A stretch of 32,000 nt of DNA from Prochlorococcus marinus subsp. pastoris str. CCMP1986 (lineage in GTDB: Bacteria > Cyanobacteriota > Cyanobacteriia > PCC-6307 > Cyanobiaceae), in the NCBI RefSeq assembly GCF_000011465.1, contig NC_005072.1, positions 1,500,001-1,532,000 on the forward strand. The letters are read 5' to 3'. Shown here piece after piece: positions 1 to 8,994 of this stretch. The notes below the pieces were generated by a model that searched no databases, had not been told where the DNA came from, and saw only the letters and a program-made list of their open reading frames with translations. The position numbers were made by a program, and so were the translations under genes. Every line of letters begins with the position of its first letter. Position 1 is the stretch's first letter.

Positions 1-1
1 T

Positions 2-541
2 TATAGTAAAAATCCTAAAAATAGATGTTTTGCTTGCAAAAAAGAGCTTCACAAACACACTACATTTTTATCTAAAAAACTTAATTACAAGATTGTCTGT
101 GACGGAGTTAATCTTGACGATCTTGACGATTACAGGCCTGGGATTAAAGCAGCTAAAGAAGCAGGAGTTTTATCTCCCTTAGCATTATTTAAGTTTACAA
201 AAAAAGATATAAGGGATATATCAAGAGCATTGGGTTTCCCTTGGTGGGATAAACCTGCTCAACCTTGTTTATCATCAAGATTTCCTTATGGAAATCAAAT
301 TACAAATGAAAGACTAAACATGGTAGAAAAAGCTGAAGAATATATTAAGAAAGGGAGCATATCAGAAGTCAGAGTTAGATGTCATGGTTCAACAGCAAGA
401 ATTGAGATTCCTAAAAATGAATTACAAATATTTTGTAAAGAATATGATTTTAATGAATTAGTTAACTATTTCTCTAATCTAGGATTTAATTGCACAAGCT
501 TGGATCTTGAGGGTTTAATAAGCGGCAAGCTAAATAGATAA
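2..541 (+). CDS. larE: LarE-like ATP-dependent sacrificial sulfur transferase (ExsB/PP-loop family), 5' truncated by window edge
   Basis: Frame 2 is open from the window edge: ...NPKNRCFACKKELHKH... then ...SRALGFPWWDKPAQPCLSSRFPYGNQIT... The CxxC and PCLSSRFPYG motifs are typical of the LarE/TIGR00268 family. The ORF track shows only the internal Met at 230. Confidence 0.85.
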   Translation, partial: YSKNPKNRCFACKKELHKHTTFLSKKLNYKIVCDGVNLDDLDDYRPGIKAAKEAGVLSPLALFKFTKKDIRDISRALGFPWWDKPAQPCLSSRFPYGNQITNERLNMVEKAEEYIKKGSISEVRVRCHGSTARIEIPKNELQIFCKEYDFNELVNYFSNLGFNCTSLDLEGLISGKLNR

Positions 542-556
542 GTTTCAAAATTTAAT

Positions 557-985
557 TTATTTTTTTATTTGACTATATACTTCTGAAGGTAGATGTCTAT
601 CAACTATACGCAAGAGATGTTCTTTAGCCATTAAAGCTTGAATTAAGTATTTAGACGATATTTCTGGTTTCATATTTTGACCACATGTAAAAATATCAAC
701 TGCAGAATAATGGGCTTCAGGCCATGTATGTATTGACATATGAGATTCAGCTAGTAAAGCAATTGCTGTAACACCTTGAGGTTCAAATTTATTACTTATT
801 AGATTCAAAACTGTTGCATTAGCTAATTTGGCAGCATTATTTAACGTACAACGCAAAAAAGATTCGTCATTTAATTTTTCGTAATCACATCTATAAAGCT
901 CTAACAAAAAATGCTTACTATTATTAGCTAATTTCTTCTCATCATTTAATGCTTTGAAAGTTTGATTTTTTTTGGGAACTTCCAT
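557..985 (-). CDS. speD: S-adenosylmethionine decarboxylase proenzyme
   Basis: 142 aa with the ESHMSIHTWPE...YSAVDIFTCG motif around the pyruvoyl cleavage site. Confidence 0.95.
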   Translation of the reverse strand: MEVPKKNQTFKALNDEKKLANNSKHFLLELYRCDYEKLNDESFLRCTLNNAAKLANATVLNLISNKFEPQGVTAIALLAESHMSIHTWPEAHYSAVDIFTCGQNMKPEISSKYLIQALMAKEHLLRIVDRHLPSEVYSQIKK

Positions 986-1037
986 TAATTAATTGTATTG
1001 GAGTTTGTAGATTAACTAAAACTTAAAAAATTTTTAA

Positions 1038-2135
1038 CTATAAGTATATCATTTGCGAAGAGCTTAAAAAGGATTTATTGAATTTATCCAAATGCGTTGC
1101 ACTTATCAAACATTGACTATCTTTTCCTACCGAATTCAGTAATAAATTTTGTCTAGTGATATCAAGCTCAGCCAAAACATCATCTAATATAAGAATAGGA
1201 GGTAAATCAATCATATTACGTAATAAATCCAGCTCAGCCATTTTTAAAGCCAAAATAAAAGTCCTTTGTTGACCAGATGAGCCATACTTTCTTATAGAGA
1301 TATTATTAATCAGAAACTCTATATCATCACGATGAGGACCAAAATTACATTTACCAGTCACCGCCTCTAACGGCCTCTGCTTTTGTAGTTGTTCCAATAT
1401 TTTCTTACTTATAACTTCTTCTTCTTCTTCTTGATTGATATTTTCTAAACCAGAAAGATAATTTATACCAATTTGCTCTTTGGATTTACTTAAATGATTA
1501 TGCCAATATTCAACATATGGTTTAATTTTTGATAGAGCTCTCCTTCTACGTCTAAAAATTCTTGTACTAATTAATGACATTTGAATATCAAAACTTTCTA
1601 TAACTTCTGAATATATATCTTTTTGAAAGCTTTCTGAACGCCAAAAATGAGTTCGTTGCTTTAAAAGTCTATTAAATCTATGAATCAGCTCTACGTATAC
1701 TGGTTCAAGCTGAGATACAACTTTATCAATCCAAGATCTTCTGAAACCAGGTTCACTTTTGACAATATAAATATCATTAGAACAGAAACATACACTCCTA
1801 ATATAATTTTGTATTTCAGTCTGTTTTTTCAATAAAGAATCATTTACATAAATCTTTTTAGCTCCTTTCCTAAATAAATTCACTTTCAAATTATCAGTGA
1901 AATCAATTTGACCAAAAATAGCGGCCATGTCACTATCGTTTTCTATTAAATCTTTATCACTTAATGCTCTATTCGATTTTAATTGACTAAGAACTTCGAC
2001 AGATTCCAGTAAATTTGACTTACCAACACCATTACAACCAAGAACGATAGCTCTTTGCTCATTAAGGTCGATCTCAAAACTTTTATGATTTCGAAAATTA
2101 TAAATTTTTAAGTTATTTAAAAAAATTTTTTTAAT
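1038..2135 (-). CDS. recF: DNA replication/repair protein RecF; start uncertain, no ATG/GTG/TTG in the upstream frame
   Basis: ORF 1038..1928 extends open to about 2213. The added region reads IKKIFLNNLKIYNFRNHKSFEIDLNEQRAIVLGCNGVGKSNLLESVEVLSQLKSNR, with the RecF N-terminus and Walker A. The C-terminal part has TGKCNFGPHRDD and PPILILDDVLAELD motifs. Confidence 0.88.
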   Translation of the reverse strand: MKKIFLNNLKIYNFRNHKSFEIDLNEQRAIVLGCNGVGKSNLLESVEVLSQLKSNRALSDKDLIENDSDMAAIFGQIDFTDNLKVNLFRKGAKKIYVNDSLLKKQTEIQNYIRSVCFCSNDIYIVKSEPGFRRSWIDKVVSQLEPVYVELIHRFNRLLKQRTHFWRSESFQKDIYSEVIESFDIQMSLISTRIFRRRRRALSKIKPYVEYWHNHLSKSKEQIGINYLSGLENINQEEEEEVISKKILEQLQKQRPLEAVTGKCNFGPHRDDIEFLINNISIRKYGSSGQQRTFILALKMAELDLLRNMIDLPPILILDDVLAELDITRQNLLLNSVGKDSQCLISATHLDKFNKSFLSSSQMIYL

Positions 2136-2202
2136 GCATTCCTTAGTTAAATTAGCTAAATTTAAATTATTTAGAATTTCTTTAAAGAAATTGAAAAATT
2201 TA

Positions 2203-2276
2203 GAGCATGTAGCTCAGTTGGATAGAGCATCAGATTCCGGTTCTGAGAGTCGGGGGTTCGACTCCCTCCATGCTCG
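2203..2276 (+). tRNA. tRNA-Arg (anticodon CCG)
   Basis: Cloverleaf by eye: acceptor GAGCATG/CATGCTC, D arm GCTC...GAGC, anticodon stem TCAGA/TCTGA with loop TTCCGGT, T arm GGGGG-TTCGACT-CCCTC. Confidence 0.93.
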
Positions 2277-2287
2277 TAATAAAAGAT

Positions 2288-2734
2288 TTAAAGTTTAAAG
2301 CTCATTACTCTAATACCATTCGGATCTAGTATAAATCCACTTTCTTCTAAACTTTTAAATGAAGTTACTGGCGCTTGAACAGAAATACTACATCCTGGCA
2401 TTTCCCTATTTATTTTTTCAAGGGTCACTTGAAGTAATATTGAGTAAAAAAGATTTTGATTATTGCCTTTTTCAGCGCATAAATTCCATAAGTTAGCGTT
2501 GAGTCCTCTATCTGATGTGACCCTTACAAAACCATAAAGCTTATTTTTAGATTCGTTTTGAATCGTGAAGAAAAAATTACTATTTTTAATAGCAAGAGAT
2601 ATCTTTTGTGTTGGGAATGACTCACAACCACTATTTACCAAAAGTCTATTTAAATCCTTAGCAGTTGGAACTTGTGAAGAATTGATAAAATAACCCTCTG
2701 GAAGAATAAGTTTTTTTTGGGAAAAATATTGCAA
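2288..2734 (-). CDS. GNAT-like acetyltransferase / conserved hypothetical protein
   Basis: 148 aa; LYGFVRVTSDRGLNANLWNL...LLQVTLEKI...SFKSLEESGFI resembles a GNAT core. Assignment is tentative. Confidence 0.6.
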   Translation of the reverse strand: MQYFSQKKLILPEGYFINSSQVPTAKDLNRLLVNSGCESFPTQKISLAIKNSNFFFTIQNESKNKLYGFVRVTSDRGLNANLWNLCAEKGNNQNLFYSILLQVTLEKINREMPGCSISVQAPVTSFKSLEESGFILDPNGIRVMSFKL

Positions 2735-2737
2735 TGA

Positions 2738-5707
2738 TTATCCTGTATTTCTCATCCCTGCCGCAATTCCATTAATTGTTAAAAGTGCTCCTCTTAATAA
2801 TTCACTACGACTATAAGCTCTTTTAGACTCAATCCTATCCTCAATAAACTCACTAATTGGAGGTTGTCTTGTTTGATCTCGAAGTCTTCTTAAAAGTGAG
2901 ACTTGTAAAAATCCCAAAGGAATTATAGTTTTATTCCTTAAGTTAACGGATGATCTTAAATCTCTATCAGATTCTAGAAGCTTATTTTTACCAGTTATTT
3001 CAAGCACTAAGGATTTAGTAAGATTATATTCTTTAGAGATAACATCAAAAATCTCCTCAAACGACTTTGAATTTTCTTTACTCCCAAGTGTGTCAACGTA
3101 ATATTTCGCTACTTCTAAATCAACTTTAGATAATGTCATTTCTACCTTAGATATGAGCATTCTAAAAAAGGGCCATCTTTGATGAAGTACTCTAAGTAAT
3201 TCAATTTGCTCAGGATCTGATTTTAATTCTACAGATAAAGCCGTACCCACTCCAAACCAGCTTGGCAAAAGAAATCTACTCTGTGTCCAGCCAAATACCC
3301 AAGGGATTGCCCTTAAACTTGATAAATCCTTTGCGCCTTTTTTCCTTCTTGCAGGTCTACTTGATATTTGTAATTTACTAATTTCCTCGATTGGAGTAAC
3401 CTCTTGAAAAAAAGTTAGCAAATTTGGATTCTCATGTACTAATTTTCTATATTGGATTCTAGATGTTTCTGCCAACCTAGTCATTAAGTCATTCCATTCT
3501 GGTGTAGCATCAAGTCTGTTGTTAACCAAACTATTCTGAATAACCGCTGTTGTAACAGTCTCCAAATTATATAATGCCAATTCAGGAAGACTATATTTTG
3601 AAGCTAAAACCTCTCCTTGTTCTGTAATTTTTATTCTTCCTTTGAGCGTCCCACTTGGTTGAGCCAATATTGCTTGATAAGCAGGACCTCCTCCTCTTCC
3701 TACGGAACCTCCTCTACCGTGAAAAAGTCTTAAAAGTATATTATTTCTGCTTGAAAGATTTTGAAGAGCAATTTGAGCTCTATGAATTTCCCAGTTACTA
3801 GATAGGAATCCTGAATCTTTATTGCTATCTGAATAACCTAACATTAACTCTTGAAGAGGTTTAAAACTTTCTCCAACTTTTGGTAATAATGACTTATAAA
3901 AATCTAATTGAAATAATTGCTCCATTACATCAGGGGCTCTTTGCAGATCTTCAACAGTTTCAAAAAGAGGGACGACCAACAATGTCGATTTTTGAGAACC
4001 TTGATCAATTAGTCCCATCTCTTTTGCTAAAAGAAGGACTTCAAGCAAATCAGATGCACTGTGACTCATTGAAATAACATATGAATGACAAATACGACTT
4101 CCAAATTCTTCTTGCAATCTTTTGACCATTTTAAACACTGAGAAAGTTTCTTCAGTACTTTTATTCCAGTTAACTTCAGAGGGAATCAAGGGCCTTTTTG
4201 TATTTAATTCCTCATTAAGCCATTGTATTCTATCTTTTTCAGACATTTGATCATATTGTTTTGGCAACTCAAGATAATTAGTTAATTCTTGTATTGCGTC
4301 ACTATGTCTAGTACTCTCCTGACGTATATCCAAACTTGCTAAAGAAAAGCCAAAAATATGTACCTGAGTTAATAATTTATTTACGGCCTCACAAGTTAAA
4401 TCTGTACTATTAAGACTATTTTTTATTAATTCTAGATCATAAGTAAATTCATCAACAGACTTGTAATGTAATTTTTCAACTAGCTCTAAATTTTTGTTAT
4501 CAGATTCCCTTTCTAAAGATAACTTCCATCCACCTTCAGATAGTAAATTATTTCTTTCATGGGTCAATCTTAATTTTTCTAAAATATAACTCAATTTCAA
4601 TCTATAAGGCTCTGATCTATATCTTGTTGCCCTTGCTTCATAAATTTCAGGAAACTTAACCCTATCGGTTTCTAATGATTCCAAAAGAGATGAGCTTACT
4701 TGACTCCATTGCATTGAGACGCTTAGTTGATCTCTAAGATTAGAGGTCGCTTTGATATACCTCTCTAACATTAATTGTCTTTGGTAACAGGCAGTCCTCC
4801 AAGTAATTTCAGGAGTAACTGATGGATTCCCATCCCTATCAGAGCCTACCCAAGATCCAAATGTACAAAAAGATTCAGTTGGCATCTGAACGTCTGGATA
4901 ATTTTCAGTAAGGGCTGAAGAAATTCTCCCTCTTAACTGGGGCATCGCATCAAAGAGTACTTGTTGAAAATAATGTAGTGCATAATCAACTTCATCTATT
5001 ACTGATGGTTTGAATTGATGTAACTCATCTGTTCTCCACCAAAGTCTTATCTCTTCTTTTAGTTGTATTTTGAGAGATTTAATATCTTCAATTGTTAAAA
5101 ATTTTTCAACTTGTATTTTTTGCAGCAGATTAGCTACTCTTGTTTGCTTATGCCTAATTGTATGTCTAACTATCTCTGTAGGATGTGCGGTAAAAACTAA
5201 GCGGATATCCATTTCTTGTAATAATTCCTCTAGTTTTCCTGGGGGGACATTTAATCTTCTAAGCCTAAAGAATAATTCTTTAAATGTTACGGGAGCATTT
5301 TGCCTTGCTAAAGCAGGAGCAAATGGGTCTAGATTATCATGTGATTTTTTAACATTCTGATTAGTAAAGCTCTGTATATATCTATCTTCCTCCACTCTTT
5401 GTTCTAAAATATTAACTAGCTGGAAATATAATGAAAAAGCTCTGGCTGCAGAAATTGATTCAGCTAAATCCATAGAATTAACAATATCAACTATTTCAGT
5501 TTTAAAATTTTTGGGACTATATTCTTCAACTTTATTTGAATAACTTAATTCCTTCAGCTGTATTAAACGATTTGCTTGATCATCTGGACATTCTTCCCTC
5601 AATACAGATTCCCACAAATCTTCTATCAATGCACGATTTTTATCCAACGGATCATTGTTGCTTATAAGATCCACATTATTATTTTTAAACTGTTTCATAG
5701 ATTCCAT
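2738..5707 (-). CDS. ppc: Phosphoenolpyruvate carboxylase
   Basis: 989 aa; [60 protein letters not shown] and C-terminal [10 protein letters not shown]. Confidence 0.98.
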   Translation of the reverse strand: MESMKQFKNNNVDLISNNDPLDKNRALIEDLWESVLREECPDDQANRLIQLKELSYSNKVEEYSPKNFKTEIVDIVNSMDLAESISAARAFSLYFQLVNILEQRVEEDRYIQSFTNQNVKKSHDNLDPFAPALARQNAPVTFKELFFRLRRLNVPPGKLEELLQEMDIRLVFTAHPTEIVRHTIRHKQTRVANLLQKIQVEKFLTIEDIKSLKIQLKEEIRLWWRTDELHQFKPSVIDEVDYALHYFQQVLFDAMPQLRGRISSALTENYPDVQMPTESFCTFGSWVGSDRDGNPSVTPEITWRTACYQRQLMLERYIKATSNLRDQLSVSMQWSQVSSSLLESLETDRVKFPEIYEARATRYRSEPYRLKLSYILEKLRLTHERNNLLSEGGWKLSLERESDNKNLELVEKLHYKSVDEFTYDLELIKNSLNSTDLTCEAVNKLLTQVHIFGFSLASLDIRQESTRHSDAIQELTNYLELPKQYDQMSEKDRIQWLNEELNTKRPLIPSEVNWNKSTEETFSVFKMVKRLQEEFGSRICHSYVISMSHSASDLLEVLLLAKEMGLIDQGSQKSTLLVVPLFETVEDLQRAPDVMEQLFQLDFYKSLLPKVGESFKPLQELMLGYSDSNKDSGFLSSNWEIHRAQIALQNLSSRNNILLRLFHGRGGSVGRGGGPAYQAILAQPSGTLKGRIKITEQGEVLASKYSLPELALYNLETVTTAVIQNSLVNNRLDATPEWNDLMTRLAETSRIQYRKLVHENPNLLTFFQEVTPIEEISKLQISSRPARRKKGAKDLSSLRAIPWVFGWTQSRFLLPSWFGVGTALSVELKSDPEQIELLRVLHQRWPFFRMLISKVEMTLSKVDLEVAKYYVDTLGSKENSKSFEEIFDVISKEYNLTKSLVLEITGKNKLLESDRDLRSSVNLRNKTIIPLGFLQVSLLRRLRDQTRQPPISEFIEDRIESKRAYSRSELLRGALLTINGIAAGMRNTG

Positions 5708-5760
5708 ACAATTATTATGTCATAAGTAAATATATTGGGATCAAATATTTGTTTATATTA

Positions 5761-6879
5761 TTAAATACTTTCTTCTTCACTTTGAATCATGTTCTGAGCA
5801 GTAAATTTCATAATATCCTCAATAGACAATCCTTCTTTGTATTGTTTTATCCATTTCATAGATTGATTTCCTTCCTCAAGAACTTTATAAATAGGTTTCA
5901 AAAGATGAGTCATATTTAACTTTTCTGCAGTTAAAGATAAATCAGCTAATACATTTTTTATCCATTCTCTACAAATCATTTTCTTGCCATCTCTCCAATG
6001 AGTCAATTTAGCGTCTAGACTCATTTGTGCAGCTTTAATTTCGTTTTGATCACATATTTTTGTTAATTGATCCATAGAAAAGTTACTAGTATTTAAGGGA
6101 TCTAAAGTCTTCAGATTTTCGAATAAATAAATCACTCTAAGTTCAAGTAAAGCTGTTATTGCCAACAACAACTCAATATCAGAGATGTAATCGCAAATTC
6201 TTAATTCCAGACGATCTAAGACATGAGGCCTTTGAGGTCCATTTGGGCGAATAGAAGACCAAAAATGTCTAATATTGTACATATTTCCATTCTTAATATT
6301 TTCTTCAATCCATTTTATATAGTCATTATGATTATAAAAAAAAGGAACCTTATTTGGTGTTTTAGGGAATTGAATCCATCTCTGTGAATGATTAGTAGTA
6401 AGTTTATTATTTAAAAAAGGAGAGCTTGCACTTATTGATAAATACAAAGAAGCCTCACACCTTACAAGTCGGATAGCTGCAAAAAGTTTATCTAAGTTAT
6501 CAATACCTAAATTTATATGAACACTGGAAGTGGCGATTGATATACCGTAGTTCTCTTGAATAAATTGATGATAAACGTTATTTTTATCAGAACGTTGAAA
6601 CTGATTATTGTGTTTAAAACATAACGTAGATGAAGGGATTATTGTTAAATCTCTTTTGTTTAACCATTTCCTTAAACTTATTCTAGGTTCTAATAAATTC
6701 TTATAACTGACTTTATAGTCTTTTTCTGGATTCGTAATATACTCAACATTTCTATTATCCGGCTCTTTGACAAAATTCGAAAACGTTTTTTCAATATCAT
6801 CAGAAACTCCAACATGATTATTTTGAGAACCAGTAAAGAGTTCTACTTCAAAGCCTTTATATAAATTATTATTATTCAT
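5761..6879 (-). CDS. gshA: Glutamate-cysteine ligase, cyanobacterial type
   Basis: 372 aa; YKGFEVELFTG, EPDNRNVEYITNP, HQFIQENYGISIATSSVHINLGI, RPNGPQRPHVLDRLELRICD. Confidence 0.87.
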   Translation of the reverse strand: MNNNNLYKGFEVELFTGSQNNHVGVSDDIEKTFSNFVKEPDNRNVEYITNPEKDYKVSYKNLLEPRISLRKWLNKRDLTIIPSSTLCFKHNNQFQRSDKNNVYHQFIQENYGISIATSSVHINLGIDNLDKLFAAIRLVRCEASLYLSISASSPFLNNKLTTNHSQRWIQFPKTPNKVPFFYNHNDYIKWIEENIKNGNMYNIRHFWSSIRPNGPQRPHVLDRLELRICDYISDIELLLAITALLELRVIYLFENLKTLDPLNTSNFSMDQLTKICDQNEIKAAQMSLDAKLTHWRDGKKMICREWIKNVLADLSLTAEKLNMTHLLKPIYKVLEEGNQSMKWIKQYKEGLSIEDIMKFTAQNMIQSEEESI

Positions 6880-8400
6880 TTATCTATCCAAACAAGCCAA
6901 TGCCATTAATATGCCTTTGGCTTTATTAATAGTCTCTTGATATTCATTCGCAGGAGAGGAATCTGCAACTATCCCAGCACCAGCCTGAACAGAAACTATA
7001 TATTCCCCATCATTTGAAGGCTGAACTATCATTGTTCTTATTGTTATCGCAGTATTTAGTGCACCATTTATATCTATAGACCCATAAACTCCAGCATAAG
7101 GACCTCTAGCATCTTTCTCAAAGTCTTTAATTAATTGCATAGCTCTAATTTTTGGAGCCCCAGTTACTGTACCAGCAGGAAAACATGCTTTAAGTAAATC
7201 CCATACCCCAGTATTACTTTTTAAGATACCTTCAACTTCACTAACTATGTGCATTACGTGTGAATATTTTTCAATTATCATCAAATCTTTAACCTCTACT
7301 GTGCCTGTTTCACATACTCTTCCTAAATCATTTCTTCCCAGATCAATAAGCATTACATGTTCTGATATCTCTTTAGGATCTTTTAATAAATCTTTCTCAA
7401 ATTTTAAATCTTGTTCAGCATCTTGACCTCTTGGCCTTGTACCAGCTATCGGTCTTAAGCTTGCAACAATTTGATTAGTTTTATTCTTCTCTGCTTTGAC
7501 CATTACTTCAGGACTAGAACCTATTAAGTACCATGATCCAAAATCAAAGAAAGCCATATAAGGTGAAGGATTAACAATCCTTAAGCTTCTATATAGATTA
7601 AAGGGATCACTTTTAACTTTCGATTGAAATTTTTGGCTAATAACAATTTGAAAAATATCTCCTTTTCTTATATATTCCTTTGCAGAAACAACAGCTTCTT
7701 CAAACTCTTTTCTTTCCCAATTACTTGAAATTGCAATATTCAAATCTTTTTTTTCATCCCAGTTAAGAGCATGTCTTTCATTAATTGGAGCACTCATTAA
7801 ATCTTTGATTCTATTAATTCTTAAAATCGAATCTTGATAAATTTCTTGAACATGAGTTTCTGATGTTCTGGAAGTGTCAGCATATACAACTACAGTGATA
7901 CATCTTTTCATTTGATCAAATATTACTAATTGATCAAAAAACATCCAAGATCCATAGGGTATATTATTATCTTCTAGAGGATTAATAGGCACATTAGGCT
8001 CTATGCGATTGATTAATTCATAACCCCAAGAACCATATAACTGACCAACATAAGGTAAATTATCGATATTATATGACTTATATTCTTCGGTCCAAGTTCT
8101 TAATAAATCAAAAGGATCGCCTTTATATTTTTCACTATTTCCATTATTCCAAGTCTTAATAGTTTCTTCTCCAAGACAAACTGCTTCCCAAAGAGGATCA
8201 GTAGCAACGATACTCCATCTACCTAAATTTTCCCCACCTTCGACGGATTCAAAAAAGACCCCATGTGAATCTTTATTTGATAATTTAAGCCATGTAGATA
8301 ATGGAGTCTCTAAATCAGCAGGCCATGTTTTGAAAATAGGTATAAAATTTTTACCTTCTTTATAAGCCTTTAAAAAACTATCTTTTTGAGAACTGATCAT
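6880..8400 (-). CDS. trpE: Anthranilate synthase component I
   Basis: 506 aa; FQIVISQKF, LIGSSPEVMVK, IAGTRPRG, EHVMLIDLGRNDLGRV, FPAGTVTGAPKIRAM, YAGVYG and QAGAGIVADSSPANEYQET chorismate-binding motifs. Confidence 0.95.
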   Translation of the reverse strand: MISSQKDSFLKAYKEGKNFIPIFKTWPADLETPLSTWLKLSNKDSHGVFFESVEGGENLGRWSIVATDPLWEAVCLGEETIKTWNNGNSEKYKGDPFDLLRTWTEEYKSYNIDNLPYVGQLYGSWGYELINRIEPNVPINPLEDNNIPYGSWMFFDQLVIFDQMKRCITVVVYADTSRTSETHVQEIYQDSILRINRIKDLMSAPINERHALNWDEKKDLNIAISSNWERKEFEEAVVSAKEYIRKGDIFQIVISQKFQSKVKSDPFNLYRSLRIVNPSPYMAFFDFGSWYLIGSSPEVMVKAEKNKTNQIVASLRPIAGTRPRGQDAEQDLKFEKDLLKDPKEISEHVMLIDLGRNDLGRVCETGTVEVKDLMIIEKYSHVMHIVSEVEGILKSNTGVWDLLKACFPAGTVTGAPKIRAMQLIKDFEKDARGPYAGVYGSIDINGALNTAITIRTMIVQPSNDGEYIVSVQAGAGIVADSSPANEYQETINKAKGILMALACLDR

Positions 8401-8446
8401 ACTAGTATATTCAGTCCAAATTATAATTATATTTGTTTGTTATATC

Positions 8447-8472
8447 AACTTTTGATAAGTTATTCAAAAGTT
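8447..8472. repeat. Perfect 9-bp inverted repeat (AACTTTTGA / TCAAAAGTT, 8-nt loop) with the psaD stop codon in the loop
   Basis: 8447-8455 is the exact reverse complement of 8464-8472. Confidence 0.7.
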
Positions 8473-8882
8473 TCTTTAGTAGTAAATTTTAAACCTGCAG
8501 GATTCGGATTCTCTCCAATTCTTCTTGGATTATGACCAACTTTTTCTCTACCTTCATTAACTTTCTCGGAGAATACTCCATCCTTAGGATGTAAGAATTC
8601 AATATCTCCGCCAGGGAATATTCTATAAATTTTAAAATTTTCAATCCTAGGTTTAAAACCCCTTAATTGTGTCCCAAGAGCAAGACATTGTTCTTTTCTT
8701 GCAAAGTACATTAAATTATCTCCCTCGTGCATAATAGCGGCTCCACCAGTTGGCAACTCAAATGCTTGTTCCTTGGAGCTATTCCATGAAATCGCATATT
8801 TTTCTTCAGTTTCTGCAGAGTTTAATAAACCCCCAGTACTGCCTATATGCTTTGGAAATTGACCAACTAAAGTTTCAGTCAT
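8460..8882 (-). CDS. psaD: Photosystem I subunit II PsaD
   Basis: 140 aa; [29 protein letters not shown]...[25 protein letters not shown]...[10 protein letters not shown]. Confidence 0.98.
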   Translation of the reverse strand: MTETLVGQFPKHIGSTGGLLNSAETEEKYAISWNSSKEQAFELPTGGAAIMHEGDNLMYFARKEQCLALGTQLRGFKPRIENFKIYRIFPGGDIEFLHPKDGVFSEKVNEGREKVGHNPRRIGENPNPAGLKFTTKETFE

Positions 8883-8899
8883 CCTAAATTTTGAAATTA

Positions 8900-8913
8900 T
8901 TTCTTATAAGAAA
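8900..8913. repeat. Perfect 14-bp palindrome TTTCTTATAAGAAA upstream of psaD
   Basis: The sequence equals its own reverse complement and lies 17 bases upstream of the psaD ATG. Confidence 0.6.
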
Positions 8914-8994
8914 CTAGCATTCATGTTTTACAAATTTCTTAATTATTTAAAAAGTTTCTACATTATTTAATAAATGTAAAAAAGAAATATGCAT

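Noticed and set aside
2119-2139. Idea that an indel in the A7T7 tract hides an ATG (2137-2139) as the recF start
   Set aside because: The ATG is followed by CAT TAA before the homopolymer tract, so no indel within the tract would make it productive.
3880-5360. Two small plus-strand ORFs (3880..4077, 5070..5360) inside ppc
   Set aside because: Antisense to strongly conserved PEP carboxylase sequence; no independent evidence. The TM-like and Cys-rich look of the second follows from the opposite-strand codons.
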